From Candidatus Thorarchaeota archaeon (GTDB taxonomy: Archaea > Asgardarchaeota > Thorarchaeia > Thorarchaeales > Thorarchaeaceae), in NCBI GenBank assembly GCA_016839605.1, contig JAEOTX010000057.1:1-32452 (forward strand): a DNA stretch of 32,452 nucleotides. Direction: 5' to 3'. Positions 1 to 8,409 of the stretch are shown piece by piece. The notes beneath the pieces are model-generated. The model worked only from the letters and a program-made list of their open reading frames with translations. It was not told the DNA's origin and did no database searches. How positions within the stretch are numbered: the first letter of the stretch is position 1; each line of letters opens with the position of its first letter. Made by a program: the position numbers and the translations under genes.

Positions 1-527
1 CAGTTCGAGAGGACCAACTCAAAAGTGACGTGGACCTGACTAGAAGTATCTGTGAGAGTATTAATGGTCATGTAATCGGAATCCGAGAGTTGCCTAAGGG
101 CGAATGGACCAACAGAATGCGACTGCTTGCACGGTCCTCATACGTCCACGGCTGGCACTGGCGGATACTATATCATCATCAGACGCCCTCGAATTGGCAT
201 AGAACTCTGGAGGAACTCTGGGCCGTAATGGAGGAGTATCGTATTCTGGGTCATACCGCAGGATTTCAATCCGGCCACGCTAGCTACAATTACTATCCGC
301 AGTTATTCTACGACCCTCAAGACAAGGAAGAAGAACAGAAAGTACGCGAAGCGCATAGAGATCTTGCTAAACGATTATTCAAGACAGGAGCTGTTCCGTT
401 CAAATTAGCACCGTATTGGATTGAGGGCATAGAAGAGATGAGTAGTTTCTTGGAGATGATGAAGAACCTGAAGCAAACCCTTGATCCCAAGGGGATAATG
501 AATCCTGGAGTGCTAGGAGGCATCTGA
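1..527 (+). CDS. FAD-linked oxidase/dehydrogenase, C-terminal part (GlcD/D-lactate dehydrogenase-like), 5'-truncated by the window edge
   Basis: Frame is open from base 3. It ends with LKQTLDPKGIMNPG, the typical FAD-linked oxidase C-terminal signature, and lies 2 bp upstream of a CCG Fe-S gene. Confidence 0.75.
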   Translation, partial: VREDQLKSDVDLTRSICESINGHVIGIRELPKGEWTNRMRLLARSSYVHGWHWRILYHHQTPSNWHRTLEELWAVMEEYRILGHTAGFQSGHASYNYYPQLFYDPQDKEEEQKVREAHRDLAKRLFKTGAVPFKLAPYWIEGIEEMSSFLEMMKNLKQTLDPKGIMNPGVLGGI

Positions 528-529
528 GA

Positions 530-1690
530 TTGGCCGACATAGACATGGATGAACTCCTAGAGAACTTGGCTCAATGTCGGAGGTGCGGCATCTGTCGGAA
601 CGCGGTTTATGAAGAGATGGGTTTTGATGGCGTGTGCCCAGTATGGAGAAACTCAAACGGATTTGAAACAAGTTTCATGAGAGGGAGAATCCAAGTGGCT
701 CAAGCCCTCCTCGATGAGCGAATTGAGAAGACTGCTGAAAATGTGGAGTCGCTATACACTTGCACGTTATGTGGGGCTTGCACAGAAATATGTGCGGCAG
801 AGTTCGACCCTGCGAAGACGTTAGAACAGGTTCGTGAAATCATGAATGATGCCCCAAATGATGCCCGTGATGCCATCGTTGAGAAGATTCTCACTAATCT
901 GAATCCGTATGAGGAGGATAACAGCTTAAGGAGAAATTGGGTAGAAGAGGTTGGATTTGATGTCCCGACCAAAGCATCAACGATATACTACACTGGATGT
1001 ACGGCAGGAATGAGACTTCCCACCATTGCAATCTCAACAGCCAAGATACTGAAAGCTGCAGCAGAAGACTTCGGAGTGTTGGAAGCAGAGCCCTGCTGTG
1101 GATCAGTCATGATCAGAACAGGAAAGGTAGATTCTGCGAAAGCAAATGCCGAGAAGATACGGGATGCATTTCAACAAGCAGGTGCAGAGCGTATTGTGGT
1201 TTCATGCCCTGGGTGCCTCAATACTCTGAAGAACGACTTCCCCGAACGGTTTGGAATCGAGCTTCCTGAAATAATACATATTGTCGAGTATGCAGCTGAA
1301 CTCATCAGAAATGGAGATTTAGACTTTAGAGGGCGCGGAGAAGAAAGAAAGGTCACATATCATGATCCCTGCCATCTTGGAAGAGATCTTGGTGTCTACG
1401 ATGCACCTCGCGAGATTCTTAGCGCAATCCCAGGGGTTGAGTTAATTGAGATGGAATCCAAGAAGGAAGCTGCCCTCTGCTGCGGCGCGGGAGGAGGAGT
1501 AAGGTCCTACGACACTGATCTTTCAAAACGAATTGGTGCGGATAGGATTAGACAAGCAATCGAGATTGGAGCAGAAATTATTGCGACTGCTTGTCCATTC
1601 TGTGTCAATAACTTGGAAGCCGGAGCAAGTCTTGAAGGCAGTTCGATTGGTGTAGCTGATATTGTAGACTTGTTAGCTGAAAGTCTTTGA
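530..1690 (+). CDS. (Fe-S)-binding oxidoreductase with two 4Fe-4S motifs and two CCG domains (GlcF/HdrD-like)
   Basis: CRRCGIC...CP and CTLCGACTEIC ferredoxin motifs. YYTGC, PCCG, SCPGC, YHDPCHLGR, CCGAGGG and TACPFC are CCG-domain motifs. Confidence 0.9.
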   Translation: MADIDMDELLENLAQCRRCGICRNAVYEEMGFDGVCPVWRNSNGFETSFMRGRIQVAQALLDERIEKTAENVESLYTCTLCGACTEICAAEFDPAKTLEQVREIMNDAPNDARDAIVEKILTNLNPYEEDNSLRRNWVEEVGFDVPTKASTIYYTGCTAGMRLPTIAISTAKILKAAAEDFGVLEAEPCCGSVMIRTGKVDSAKANAEKIRDAFQQAGAERIVVSCPGCLNTLKNDFPERFGIELPEIIHIVEYAAELIRNGDLDFRGRGEERKVTYHDPCHLGRDLGVYDAPREILSAIPGVELIEMESKKEAALCCGAGGGVRSYDTDLSKRIGADRIRQAIEIGAEIIATACPFCVNNLEAGASLEGSSIGVADIVDLLAESL

Positions 1691-1728
1691 GCAAAATACC
1701 TCCGATTTGTAGATGATATAGAGAAGAA

Positions 1729-2012
1729 GGGGACGCCGGCCGGAGCCAAAGACTTGGTGCCCAATAGGGCATTTGAGGTCCACCCTCTCAATTTGAACGT
1801 GAGTAAGTGGTGCTCCAAACCACGAGATCCCGCGCCGTTCTCTGAACACTAGGTGAGAGCCGAATCTCCCTACAGGAGGACATTCGGAAAGACGTTGAAT
1901 CCGGTCACACACTTTTTTGATGTGCAAAGGAGCAACAGGCTTCAGCCAGTCGTCCAACCAAAATGTATGTAACCTAGCAACATAAGCATTTCTTCTGCTA
2001 CGAAACAACCCC
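1729..2012 (-). ncRNA. Candidate structured non-coding RNA (~284 nt), family unknown
   Basis: Intergenic. The 5' GGGGUUGUU can pair with the 3' GGCGUCCCC. About 8 local hairpins, an upstream CATATAATA box (2048-2040) and a downstream UUCUUCUC tract. No SRP or RNase P signature recognised. Confidence 0.4.
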
Positions 2013-2120
2013 AAGGTCTCACAGGTCTCATTAGCGCACTATTATATGGTCATAAAACTTTAAAAGTACACTATGAAAGAGCTGTCCGGAGCCTATTCTT
2101 CGTAGTCAGAGGTGTAAAGA

Positions 2121-3188
2121 ATGAATGGGATAAATGTAGCAATAGTTGGTGTAGGCAACTGCGCGTGTGCCCTTATCCAAGGAGTGGAATATTATAAGGA
2201 TGCCAAAGCTAGTGATGATTTAGTAGGCTTGAGCCATCCTGACTTTGCTGGTTTTCATGTTAGAGACATCAAGTTTGTTGCAGCTTTCGATGTTGCTGAA
2301 GGAAAAGTAGGTGCGGATCTATCCGACGCGATATTCGCAAATCCAAACAATGTAATTCGATTTGCTGACGTACCCAAGATGGGTATCAATGTAGAGATGG
2401 GCCCGGTTCATGATGGAGTAGATGACATGCTGAAGGCATTGATCAAAGTCTCTGGTGAATCCGAGTCAGATGTTGCCAAGATTCTTCGCGACTCAGGTGC
2501 AGAGATTGTGATCAGCCTATTGCCCGGATCGGCTGAAGAAGCTACAAAGTTCTATGCAGGAGCCAGCCTAGAAGCTGGCTGTGCGTTCATCAACGGAGCT
2601 CCAATACCAATAGCCTCTGACCAAGAATGGAGTAACAAATTCAAAGAGAAGGGATTGCCTCTTATTGGAGACGATCTCCAGGACCAGCTTGGCTCGACTG
2701 TATTGCATAGGAATCTGCTCCAGCTTCTTGTAGCGCGTGGCGTACGTGTCGACAAGAGCTATCAATTAGATGTAGGCGGAGGAGCTGAGTCACTGGACTC
2801 GCATTATCGCGGACGCATGAGGAAAAGAGGCGTGAAAAGCAGTGCCATCAGTCAGGACCTACCTTATGATGCACCTTTAGTAGCAGGCTCTTCAGATTTT
2901 GTGCCGTTCATGGATAACAGCAGGGAGTCGTACTTCTATATCAATGGTCGCCAGTTTGGTGGCGCTCCCATCAAGATCGACATTCGAATGGAAGTCACTG
3001 ATGGTCCAAATGCGGGACCAATACTGATGGATGCAATCCGAGGTGCAAAACTAGCCCTAAAGAGAGAGATTGGAGGCGCACTTGAGTCAATCTCAGCCTA
3101 CGGTTTCAAGATGCCTCCCACGCCCACCACGATGTACAGAGCTGAAAGATGGGTTGAGGAGTTTCTGCTTGGGAAAAGGAAACTCTAG
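2121..3188 (+). CDS. ino1: myo-inositol-1-phosphate synthase
   Basis: VAIVGVGNCACALIQG NAD-binding start, FVAAFDV, KVGADL, LPLIGDD..QLGST.LHR and DAIRGAKLA motifs. GAGGTG SD upstream. Confidence 0.9.
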   Translation: MNGINVAIVGVGNCACALIQGVEYYKDAKASDDLVGLSHPDFAGFHVRDIKFVAAFDVAEGKVGADLSDAIFANPNNVIRFADVPKMGINVEMGPVHDGVDDMLKALIKVSGESESDVAKILRDSGAEIVISLLPGSAEEATKFYAGASLEAGCAFINGAPIPIASDQEWSNKFKEKGLPLIGDDLQDQLGSTVLHRNLLQLLVARGVRVDKSYQLDVGGGAESLDSHYRGRMRKRGVKSSAISQDLPYDAPLVAGSSDFVPFMDNSRESYFYINGRQFGGAPIKIDIRMEVTDGPNAGPILMDAIRGAKLALKREIGGALESISAYGFKMPPTPTTMYRAERWVEEFLLGKRKL

Positions 3189-3192
3189 ATGA

Positions 3193-3588
3193 CTACTCAT
3201 GTACCTTCATATAATCAGTCACGAGAGTCTTCAGCTGATCAAGCTTGGAGATGATCTTGAAGTCAGTTTCTTCTCCTACCTCTTCTAAAATCTCGTTGAA
3301 TGCGATTACTGATTTGTAGTCACGTTCGTGTTCCTCGCGGACCGTTTTCTTCTTTGCCGCGGGATCAAAGACAACAATGAGATTCTCAGGTTCAAAATTG
3401 ATGACTATGCTCCGGTCCAGATACTGCACTTTCTTACACTTGGGACATTGAACTCTGTTTGCCTTTCCAGATTTCAAGTTCTTTGCAAGTTCACGGTCCT
3501 GAGAGAGGTCTATGTGATCAATCACATTACATTCGTAGACCTTCTTGCATTTCACACACTTAATCTCTGCAGCACTTCTTCCTGCCAT
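3193..3588 (-). CDS. CpXC-like zinc-ribbon domain protein
   Basis: CVKC...CPKC pairs in CpXC-like spacing. Start placed at the ATG (MAGRS) that follows a GGTGA SD; the ORF track starts at 3609. Confidence 0.65.
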   Translation of the reverse strand: MAGRSAAEIKCVKCKKVYECNVIDHIDLSQDRELAKNLKSGKANRVQCPKCKKVQYLDRSIVINFEPENLIVVFDPAAKKKTVREEHERDYKSVIAFNEILEEVGEETDFKIISKLDQLKTLVTDYMKVHE

Positions 3589-3651
3589 CTTATCACCAGA
3601 GCGAAGCACTACATCGTTATGTAGCTCTTAAGAGTTCCTACATGAGCCAAA

Positions 3652-4284
3652 TTAGGGGCGGCTTCCTTCAATTACACCGAGGTGATCAGTCTCTTCGCTC
3701 ATAGAATCATCATCAGACTGGCGTTTGAAAATTACTCCAAGAATGATGGCTGTCAATGCGATAGATCCAACAACAGTAGGCATCGACCCAAAGAGAGAAC
3801 TCACAGCTGATGCGATGAGTGCGCCTGGAATGGTGACTGCCACTTTCCCAAGGTAGTAACTAGCAAAGAACTTGGGGACACTATATTGAGTTAGGCCACA
3901 ATAGATTACTATTGGGTCATCTGGAACTGGAGAGCCAGCTGAGAGAAGAAGAGCAATAGCGCCCCATTTCTGTACTCTTGCACGCTCTAAATCGATTTTC
4001 GCCAACATGCCCTCTGACAACACAACACGTGAGCCGCGCATTGCGTAGTAAAGAATGACTTTTGAAATAGTGGCAGCAAGAGCGACGACAATCCCAATCT
4101 GAGCTGCTAGTGGGATTGCGACAGCAAGGGGTCGCTCTCCAGGAAACATGAAAAGATAGGCAACTGCCGCCAGCACCATATTGCTAGGGCTAATGAAAGG
4201 AATCAAATTGATTGCAAGGCAGACAATGAATAAGCCTAGATAGCCCTGCAGTATCAAATCTATGACTATGTCCTGCATGTCCAC
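3652..4284 (-). CDS. VTT/DedA (SNARE-associated Golgi protein) family membrane protein
   Basis: Hydrophobic helices, NLIPF..PS, SPVPDDPI..G, and F..Y.LGK pattern. Confidence 0.7.
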   Translation of the reverse strand: MDMQDIVIDLILQGYLGLFIVCLAINLIPFISPSNMVLAAVAYLFMFPGERPLAVAIPLAAQIGIVVALAATISKVILYYAMRGSRVVLSEGMLAKIDLERARVQKWGAIALLLSAGSPVPDDPIVIYCGLTQYSVPKFFASYYLGKVAVTIPGALIASAVSSLFGSMPTVVGSIALTAIILGVIFKRQSDDDSMSEETDHLGVIEGSRP

Positions 4285-4297
4285 TCAGCAACTCATT

Positions 4298-4720
4298 TCA
4301 TGAATGCACGTTCTCGATGTGGACATAGCTGACGCCTTCGAGTGCTGCAAGTTCGTTCCTCAGATCATCCACCGTATTGGTAAGCTGTCCAGGATTGAAG
4401 TAGCACTCATAGAAGCATCTCGTGCCGCGAAGGCAGACACCAGTTGAAAATAACAGATCGACAAGACCTGCTGACTTGAAGACTTGCGAGAGCTGAGTTA
4501 AGAAGTCATTTGTGAGTTTCTTAATCTCGACCGACAGAAAGCTTACCTCTTTGTCTTCGAGCGGGAAGATCTTGATGAGTCGGTCCTTGTGTACTAACAC
4601 CATCAATCCATTATTGGTCCCCATGGCGTCTTTGAATTGTGCAGGAAACTTCACATTCTCGTTGGCATCAAAAACGAGAACTCTACCGGCCGTAGCTCCA
4701 TCATAGTCTTCAGACATCAT
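4298..4720 (-). CDS. Hypothetical protein, possible AbrB/MraZ-like N-terminus plus ACT-like C-terminus
   Basis: VFDANENVKFPAQFKDAMG resembles the AbrB DxxGRIxIPxxxR motif. The C-terminal half (LSVEIK...FLTQLSQVFKSAG...LAALEGVSYVHI) has an ACT-like pattern. GGGTGA SD. Confidence 0.45.
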   Translation of the reverse strand: MMSEDYDGATAGRVLVFDANENVKFPAQFKDAMGTNNGLMVLVHKDRLIKIFPLEDKEVSFLSVEIKKLTNDFLTQLSQVFKSAGLVDLLFSTGVCLRGTRCFYECYFNPGQLTNTVDDLRNELAALEGVSYVHIENVHS

Positions 4721-4921
4721 ATCACCCTTTCGAGTTTCCCCAGACTCCGCTGGTGAAGTCTAACATTCTAGGATTTACGTTACACGAATATAAGTAAAGC
4801 TCCTATGATTGCGGTGATGGAGTAAAACACCTCCTAGACTCATGTACCTTCCTTCAACACCTCAAATCCGAAAACTGTGCACCTTTTGAGGACTCAGACG
4901 GCACGAATCACTAGATGCAGA

Positions 4922-5176
4922 ATGAAAGATCCAAAAAGAGGAACACTAGGAAGGTATCGAGATGTGTCTGAACTTCGCATCCAGTTCCAGTGTGAGTATC
5001 GATTCTACATCAGGCAAATGCAAGGCGAAGAATCCTCTAATGCCAGTAGAGAGGGCTCAAGGCTTCATCGAGAGGTTGGAATGAATCCAGGTCCTGGTCG
5101 CTCGTTGAATGCCTCAGTTATGGCAATAATTGTGATTGTGACCATTGCAGCTGCATTACTATGGGTGTTTGGGTGA
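4922..5176 (+). CDS. Small membrane-anchored protein carrying the N-terminal segment of a Cas4-like nuclease (84 aa)
   Basis: VSELRIQFQCEYRFYI resembles the Cas4 S-x-(L/I)-x3-(Y/F)-C-x-R segment with the first Fe-S Cys. EGSRLH matches the G-x2-(L/I)-H motif. C-terminal TM helix VMAIIVIVTIAAALLWVFG. Confidence 0.6.
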   Translation: MKDPKRGTLGRYRDVSELRIQFQCEYRFYIRQMQGEESSNASREGSRLHREVGMNPGPGRSLNASVMAIIVIVTIAAALLWVFG

Positions 5177-5181
5177 TATCG

Positions 5182-5838
5182 ATGGATCCTTTCGCGAGTG
5201 CCATTCTCCTTGCTGTGTTTATTGGAGGTGTCTTTGCAATACTCCATATGAGCTCTGGAGGTGCTTTCAATACCGCGGGCCGGCGCATTAGAAAGGCTCA
5301 ATCGTGTGAATGGACGCTAGCTGACTTCCTAAGTCTAAGGAGCACGCCGAACTCCAATAGATCATTTCTCTTCAATGAACAGCTAGTCTTTTCGTTGGGG
5401 CACCGGTTCAATGGCAGGTTCGATAACGCCGTCTTGCATTGGGAAGAAGCGCCTGTTCTGGACGCCATCATCGAACGTAAATTCCCCACTAGACATCTTC
5501 CAAAAAAGCCAAGAGACGAGGATATCTTCCAGGCAGGACTCTACGCTCTTGCCTTAATGGAGAGTGGTGTGTCTTGCGCTTCTACTAGGCTTGTTCTCAT
5601 CTATTGCTTGCAGAAGAATGCAAAGCAATGTGTTGGCCGAAACCATAATGACTGTGTGGTATGCAGTAATGGACTGGTGTTCAGCAGAAGATACAACCAA
5701 AAGCATGTGTTGCGAGCATTGGAAAAGCTTGACGAAGTCTGGTATCATGGACGAGAACCAAGAGCGGATCCCACAGAATGGAAATGCCGAGGTTGCCCAT
5801 ATGGACGAAATGGCACTTGTAATCATTCAGCTGCATAG
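5182..5838 (+). CDS. Cas4-like PD-(D/E)xK nuclease core with N-terminal transmembrane helix
   Basis: N-terminal TM AILLAVFIGGVFAIL. GRFD (motif II), IIERK (motif III), FQAGLY (QxxxY) and C-terminal CRGCPYGRNGTC. GGGTGA SD overlaps the upstream stop. No CRISPR array or cas1 in the window. Confidence 0.75.
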   Translation: MDPFASAILLAVFIGGVFAILHMSSGGAFNTAGRRIRKAQSCEWTLADFLSLRSTPNSNRSFLFNEQLVFSLGHRFNGRFDNAVLHWEEAPVLDAIIERKFPTRHLPKKPRDEDIFQAGLYALALMESGVSCASTRLVLIYCLQKNAKQCVGRNHNDCVVCSNGLVFSRRYNQKHVLRALEKLDEVWYHGREPRADPTEWKCRGCPYGRNGTCNHSAA

Positions 5839-6018
5839 GCAAAAGACATTTGACGATTCAACCCATTTCATTTTCAAGGTGATCTTAATCCGAGTACAGT
5901 AGTATCATAAGTTCTAGCTTCCTTGATGAAGATCTGGGACAGGGGTGATCTTTCTAATCCATTTTCTCTCTATTCATCGTGACTCGCTCAATTATGGAAG
6001 AATCAAGTCATCCTCAGA

Positions 6019-6035
6019 ATATTGTTTACTGTCAA
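6019..6035. repeat. Copy A of 17-bp direct repeat ATATT(G/A)TTTACTGTCAA
   Basis: ATATTGTTTACTGTCAA here versus ATATTATTTACTGTCAA at 10579-10595 (16/17 identical). Confidence 0.7.
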
Positions 6036-6163
6036 ACCAAGTACCTCCGTAAATGAAGGAAAGCGATGCTCAATGTAGACAATATATTAACGTTTGGATT
6101 GAAGTTCAGCCCTTTCTTTTGCGAGTTTCTGTTCCTATCATTTTGAGAGTAAGTATTCGTTTC

Positions 6164-6484
6164 TTAGCAACTATTTGAAAATGCCTTTTGCAATCTTCCT
6201 TTTCCGTCATAGCCAATGGTTTTATTCCAAAAGTATCTCATCATCATTTCCCTATCACTAGAAACCTCGTTCTCTGAGATATATTGGAAAATGGTTTCCC
6301 AAGTTACTCGTGGAAATTGCCTTCGCTGATTTTCTTTTATATGCCTCTTGAAGACAGATTCAATATTAGATTCTCGTTCAGACAAAACCAAACTAATAAG
6401 ATAGATGATTGAAGCCACAATTATCATGACTATGCCGGCTATGGCAGAAACCACGTTCAGTCCAACTTGAATGGCTTGATACAT
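6164..6484 (-). CDS. Hypothetical membrane-anchored protein, possibly frameshifted near its 3' end
   Basis: N-terminal TM helix and AT-rich sequence. Removing one T from the TTTT run near 6180 would extend it with AFQIVAKKRILTLKMIG...KG*. Confidence 0.45.
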   Translation of the reverse strand: MYQAIQVGLNVVSAIAGIVMIIVASIIYLISLVLSERESNIESVFKRHIKENQRRQFPRVTWETIFQYISENEVSSDREMMMRYFWNKTIGYDGKGRLQKAFSNSC

Positions 6485-6503
6485 TCATGCCAGCCCTGGG
6501 GTG

Positions 6504-7019
6504 TTACTGTTGAGTTTTCCAAATGTGACGCTTCCATGTTTCGCGTATCGTTCCCAACAGCAGAATTGTGATAAAGCCTGCCAAAGTCAGGATAATCCCA
6601 GTAAATAGAATCCCAGAATGGGGGAGTGGTCTTGCGACTTCGATGTGGAAAAAAATGGTTTCATTGTTATAGGGTGTGACAAGAATGGCATACATTCCTG
6701 GCAGGGGGATTTCAATCACATCGGAGTAGTTTTTAATTCCCTCAAGTGCGATTAATGGGTGAGTTTCTTCTAAGGACGCGTTCTCAAGTGCAATCATCAA
6801 TTCATCGTAACTCACTATATAGACGCAGAGAACGCTGCTGTTGTACGTATAGACCTCTATGTACGTGTTTCCGACTGCACCAAACACCCTCCCTTCGTAT
6901 GCGCCATGTTCAACTTCGGAGCTAAAGCCAAATTCACTAGATGGGACAAAGGAGATCAACAGAAAAGTGATCCCAATGATCATCAGCAACTTGCCGATTC
7001 TCACCGCAACTGAAGCCAT
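6504..7019 (-). CDS. Two-TM membrane protein with extracytoplasmic beta-rich domain (ABC accessory, paralog 2)
   Basis: N- and C-terminal TM helices. ALENASL and IEIP.PG.YAILVT.Y.N.T are shared with 7828-8409. Start set at the ATG 2 bp after the permease stop; the ORF track starts at 7094. Confidence 0.7.
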   Translation of the reverse strand: MASVAVRIGKLLMIIGITFLLISFVPSSEFGFSSEVEHGAYEGRVFGAVGNTYIEVYTYNSSVLCVYIVSYDELMIALENASLEETHPLIALEGIKNYSDVIEIPLPGMYAILVTPYNNETIFFHIEVARPLPHSGILFTGIILTLAGFITILLLGTIRETWKRHIWKTQQ

Positions 7020-7021
7020 CT

Positions 7022-7831
7022 CTAGATCTCCGCTTTCTCGAACGTAATAATGCTTGCAATGAGCGCGACCACTCCGATGAGCACTGCCCCGCAAATTCCA
7101 AAGAACACCTCTCCGGCTTGTAGTCCCATGTCGCCCCCACTGACAAAGGCATTGGTTAAGAGTATTGGATTGAGGACATTGCGAATAACATCTGGAATAC
7201 TTGGCATGACGATGACCAAAGCAATAACGTACCAGAGCGCGATTCCCATAATCGCAGTGACCTCTGCTTTCTTAGAGATAATTGAGATTAGCGTGGTTAC
7301 TGATGTAAGGAGCATTATGAACGCCCAGAGTGCAGCTGATAGGAGAAGAATGGAGAAGACCTCCCTGTTGCCAGGAACAAAGATGAAGATTACCGAGAGC
7401 GAGCTGAATGTAGCAGACATTCCCAGGAGGACAATCATCCCGGATACTTTCACCGCCAAAAATGTGATGCGATCAACGGGGTAGGACAAGTACGTATGTA
7501 GAGTTCCATCCTCGAAGCGTCCCGCCAACGTGAATGCTACGAGTAGTGGGACCACAAAGGTGAGAACATGAGAAAAGCTAAGAGCTGAGAATCCATAAAC
7601 CGATGCTGTCATGGTCTGTCGATACTCAACAAAGGACTCAATTGCCGCCGTTCCATTCCATTCCGGACCCGGTCTGAGAAGCACGTATCTTCCGGCACCA
7701 AATACTCCGAGAGTGCTGATGAATGCGATAAAGAGGAAGACCACAACCACAGCCTCAACCGTTGGGAATGAATATGACTGGTTGATTTCCAGTTCATAGA
7801 TGGATCGAAGATTCCCGCCTTCCCTCTTCAT
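7022..7831 (-). CDS. ABC-2 type transporter permease (paralog 2)
   Basis: About 6 TM helices, FEDGTLHTYLSYPVDR..FLAVK ABC-2 motif, ATGA overlap with the upstream gene. Confidence 0.85.
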   Translation of the reverse strand: MKREGGNLRSIYELEINQSYSFPTVEAVVVVFLFIAFISTLGVFGAGRYVLLRPGPEWNGTAAIESFVEYRQTMTASVYGFSALSFSHVLTFVVPLLVAFTLAGRFEDGTLHTYLSYPVDRITFLAVKVSGMIVLLGMSATFSSLSVIFIFVPGNREVFSILLLSAALWAFIMLLTSVTTLISIISKKAEVTAIMGIALWYVIALVIVMPSIPDVIRNVLNPILLTNAFVSGGDMGLQAGEVFFGICGAVLIGVVALIASIITFEKAEI

Positions 7832-8409
7832 AAAGCATTCCTTCTTTTATTGCTACTTCCGCCCATCAGTGCATCAGGATGGAGCTGCTCATTCACTGCT
7901 AGTCCATTGCTTTCTATCCCCTCGATTCTGTTCAAAGCTCGTGGTAGGATAGCAATGCACGCGCCCACAGAGAGCAGGAGAATCCCAGGAACAAGGACGC
8001 CTGCATTAGGATATGACCTATCGATGTCAACCATAACGGAACTCGTGTCATTATCGTACGATGTCACAAGGATCGCGTAGACTCCTGGCGATGGGATTTC
8101 GATGATGTCATTGCATTGTGTGATATTCTCCAGACTGACCAGCTGGTTCGTGTTATGAAGAGATGCATTCTCAAGGGCTCTTAGTGCATTCTCCGAGTCG
8201 AGAGCATACAGGGAGAAGCTCTGGTTTGTGATACTCCATGCCTCTACGTATATGTCATCAGTCGCCCTGAAAAGATAGCCCTTGTATATGCCGCTATCAA
8301 CATCAGTCCCAAAGCCGAAGCTGCCTGACCCAAGAAGTGCGACAAACACCAGCGTAATGCCAAGAGTCATCATGAGTGTAGATAGACGACTGTTCAAGGA
8401 GCCCATCAT
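7828..8409 (-). CDS. Two-TM membrane protein with extracytoplasmic beta-rich domain (ABC accessory, paralog 1)
   Basis: Paralog of 6504-7019. Translationally coupled to its neighbours (ATGA overlaps). Confidence 0.7.
   Translation of the reverse strand: MMGSLNSRLSTLMMTLGITLVFVALLGSGSFGFGTDVDSGIYKGYLFRATDDIYVEAWSITNQSFSLYALDSENALRALENASLHNTNQLVSLENITQCNDIIEIPSPGVYAILVTSYDNDTSSVMVDIDRSYPNAGVLVPGILLLSVGACIAILPRALNRIEGIESNGLAVNEQLHPDALMGGSSNKRRNAL

Noticed and set aside
530-1730. Selenoprotein with SECIS downstream of the Hdr-like gene
   Set aside because: No in-frame UGA at a Cys position, and the terminal TGA falls at the expected family end.
1729-2012. tmRNA, tRNA-Sec, SRP RNA or RNase P RNA identity
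   Set aside because: No T-arm (GGUUCRANUCC) or CCA end, no SRP helix-8 motif and no GAGGAAAGUCC.
1673-2014. 113-aa minus-strand ORF as a real protein
   Set aside because: TTG start, no recognisable motif, overlaps the CCG gene end and coincides with strong RNA structure. Not fully excluded.
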